Source of the DNA: Fistulifera solaris
Taxonomy: Eukaryota
Assembly (NCBI GenBank): GCA_030295235.1
Contig: AP026126.1
Location: forward strand, 1,612,001-1,676,000
Direction of reading: 5' to 3'
DNA: 64,000 bases
A program made the translations under genes and the position numbers. Positions 62,421 to 64,000 of the stretch are shown piece by piece. The notes under the pieces were generated by a model. The model made no database searches and was not told where the DNA came from. It saw only the letters and a program-made list of their open reading frames with translations. Numbering within the stretch: position 1 is the first letter of the stretch; each line of letters begins with the position of its first letter.

Positions 62421-62647
62421 CCACGACTGCATTTCAGTCAAGAATCATATTATTATTTGTTCTGAGACAGATTTCTGCCTTATCTCCGTTGCTACTACTG
62501 TACGCAGTTTATTTAGGTGTTAGCTGTATTTGCAACACGCGACACTCGATTCTTTCCTTCGAAAATTCTTGCGCAACGTTACCTTCTTAATTCACTATAT
62601 ACCCAAACTGTCGGCTGAATTTTACCACGACTGCATTTCAGTCATGA
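62421..62647 (+). repeat. Dispersed promoter-proximal repeat, locus D (two direct units)
   Basis: CCACGACTGCATTTCAGTCAAG (62421-62442) and ACTATA-N7-ACTGT-N13-CCACGACTGCATTTCAGTCATGA (62594-62647). Confidence 0.85.
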
Positions 62648-62821
62648 AATGAAGACCTGTGACGTGGTCGTCAAGCTGTGCGAAAGCAACAAAGGCGCAA
62701 GTTATTCTTTACTTGTAAAACACAACAAAACACTACCGACTTGCATTGATAGCGTCATTAGTCTACAAGGTAGCGGCAGTTTACCATCGCTCCTTCTCTT
62801 TCAAGGACAAGCATCAGAAAC

Positions 62822-63793
62822 ATGCATAGGATAGTATGCGGGTTGCTATTCGCGATAGCGACGACTTTTTCATCGGCTCTGAGCAAGAAATTTCTTGAAC
62901 GGCCAACTTACGTCGTCGATCGTCTAGCTCAAAAGAAAACCATGTATTATTTCGGAATAGGATCCAATATGTTGCGATCCAAGTTGGAAAACAGAGGTCT
63001 GAACGGATCAAAGATTGATATCATCGATATGGAGCCAGGATACGTGCCGAACTACCGCCTTGCTTTCAATATGCGCGGGTTTGCCCCTCTGGAACCTGGC
63101 ATGGGATCATTGGAACCCATCAATGGAAGCAGACCTCTACTGGCTTACGATAAGCCAGAATGCCATGGTGCTTTGGTTACATTGACGGCCGAAAATTACG
63201 AAAAAGTCATGGCCAGCGAAGGTGTAAGCTTCAACCAAACGAACCCTGGTTATGAGGAAATCGTGGTTACAGTCATTCCATACGATACTCGAAAGGGCCC
63301 AGTGGAAGCCATCGCGCTACGAGCACGCTCGCACGTGAGATTACGGAAAGATCCTTGTCCTTCAGAACGCTACATGAGCATGCTTCGTGAAGGCGCTAAA
63401 GAATTAGGATTGCTGCCATCCTATCAAGAGTTTTTAAGACAACATCCAACTCAATTCGTTCCCGTGTGGCTTCGAAAAATTGCCATCCACAACTTCATCG
63501 CTACATTCATGATCTCGTCCTTGCTGAAATGGCGAGGACTGTCTCACACACAAAGTCTATTGCTATTCGCGGTATATGTTCCCTCGAACGCACCCAGAGT
63601 AGTGACCAGCTTGAGCCACCTTGCGAGTTCGTTCATACTTCTGCCTGGAGCTATGCTCGGAGCTTTCATTCAGTTCTATTTAAAAGTATTCAACAAGCAA
63701 CCTCCTCCATTTGTAAACAGATTCATCACGTTACTGAACACACCAAGTACAGAGAACCAACCCGTTAAACGCCAAGTCACTACAGCAACATAG
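62822..63793 (+). CDS. Gamma-glutamylcyclotransferase (GGCT/AIG2-like) protein with signal peptide and C-terminal hydrophobic region
   Basis: YYFGIGSNML, YRLAFN, ECHGALVTL, ASEG, PSERYMSMLREGAKELGL. Confidence 0.8.
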   Translation: MHRIVCGLLFAIATTFSSALSKKFLERPTYVVDRLAQKKTMYYFGIGSNMLRSKLENRGLNGSKIDIIDMEPGYVPNYRLAFNMRGFAPLEPGMGSLEPINGSRPLLAYDKPECHGALVTLTAENYEKVMASEGVSFNQTNPGYEEIVVTVIPYDTRKGPVEAIALRARSHVRLRKDPCPSERYMSMLREGAKELGLLPSYQEFLRQHPTQFVPVWLRKIAIHNFIATFMISSLLKWRGLSHTQSLLLFAVYVPSNAPRVVTSLSHLASSFILLPGAMLGAFIQFYLKVFNKQPPPFVNRFITLLNTPSTENQPVKRQVTTAT

Positions 63794-63835
63794 TGGGATC
63801 GCTAACTATAAAATCTCGTTTTTAATGCAAGAATA

Positions 63836-64000
63836 CTACACTTTCAGAGCTTGTTCAATGTCAGCCAGAATGTCATCGATGGACTCGATGCCAACACTCA
63901 AACGGATCATTCCTGGAGTAATTCCAGCTTTGCGCTGTTGTTCTTCGTTCATTTGCGAATGCGTCGTCGTAGCAGGGTTGATCGCCAAGGATTTTGCATC
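63836..64000 (-). CDS. MET17: C-terminus of O-acetylhomoserine/O-acetylserine sulfhydrylase (Cys/Met PLP family), 5' partial; not in ORF track
   Basis: Manual translation [54 protein letters not shown]. Confidence 0.85.
   Translation of the reverse strand, partial: DAKSLAINPATTTHSQMNEEQQRKAGITPGMIRLSVGIESIDDILADIEQALKV

Overview
Gene-dense eukaryotic nuclear DNA with short GT-AG introns, most likely a raphid pennate diatom. This is inferred from bipartite plastid leaders with an ASA-F-like site, an OMPDC-OPRT fusion, an FBP1-like siderophore-binding protein and a silaffin-like KxxK protein. About 30 protein-coding genes are recognisable. Many are split by apparent 1-nt indels, at homopolymers in the cases traced, which look like unpolished long-read errors rather than real pseudogenes. 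Non-coding structure not explained by the ORF track: (i) a ~190-240 bp degenerate unit with a conserved core ACTRTA-N6-AGTGT-N13-CCACGACTGCATTTCAGTCATGA, in direct tandem at four loci, always co-oriented with and ~120-180 bp upstream of a gene start; (ii) two box C/D snoRNAs (U18-like, and an snR190-like one complementary to LSU rRNA beside the peptidyl-transferase centre) in one 329-nt intron of the UMP synthase gene; (iii) chains of TA-C..G-TA modules in intergenic DNA resembling stacked Tc1/mariner excision footprints; (iv) a foldback/palindrome cluster upstream of the FBP1-like gene. Notable proteins: a giant candidate TSET coat subunit (TTRAY2/TWD40-2-like), a protease-less FtsH-like ATPase, and a BUD31 retaining only 4 of 9 Zn-cluster cysteines.
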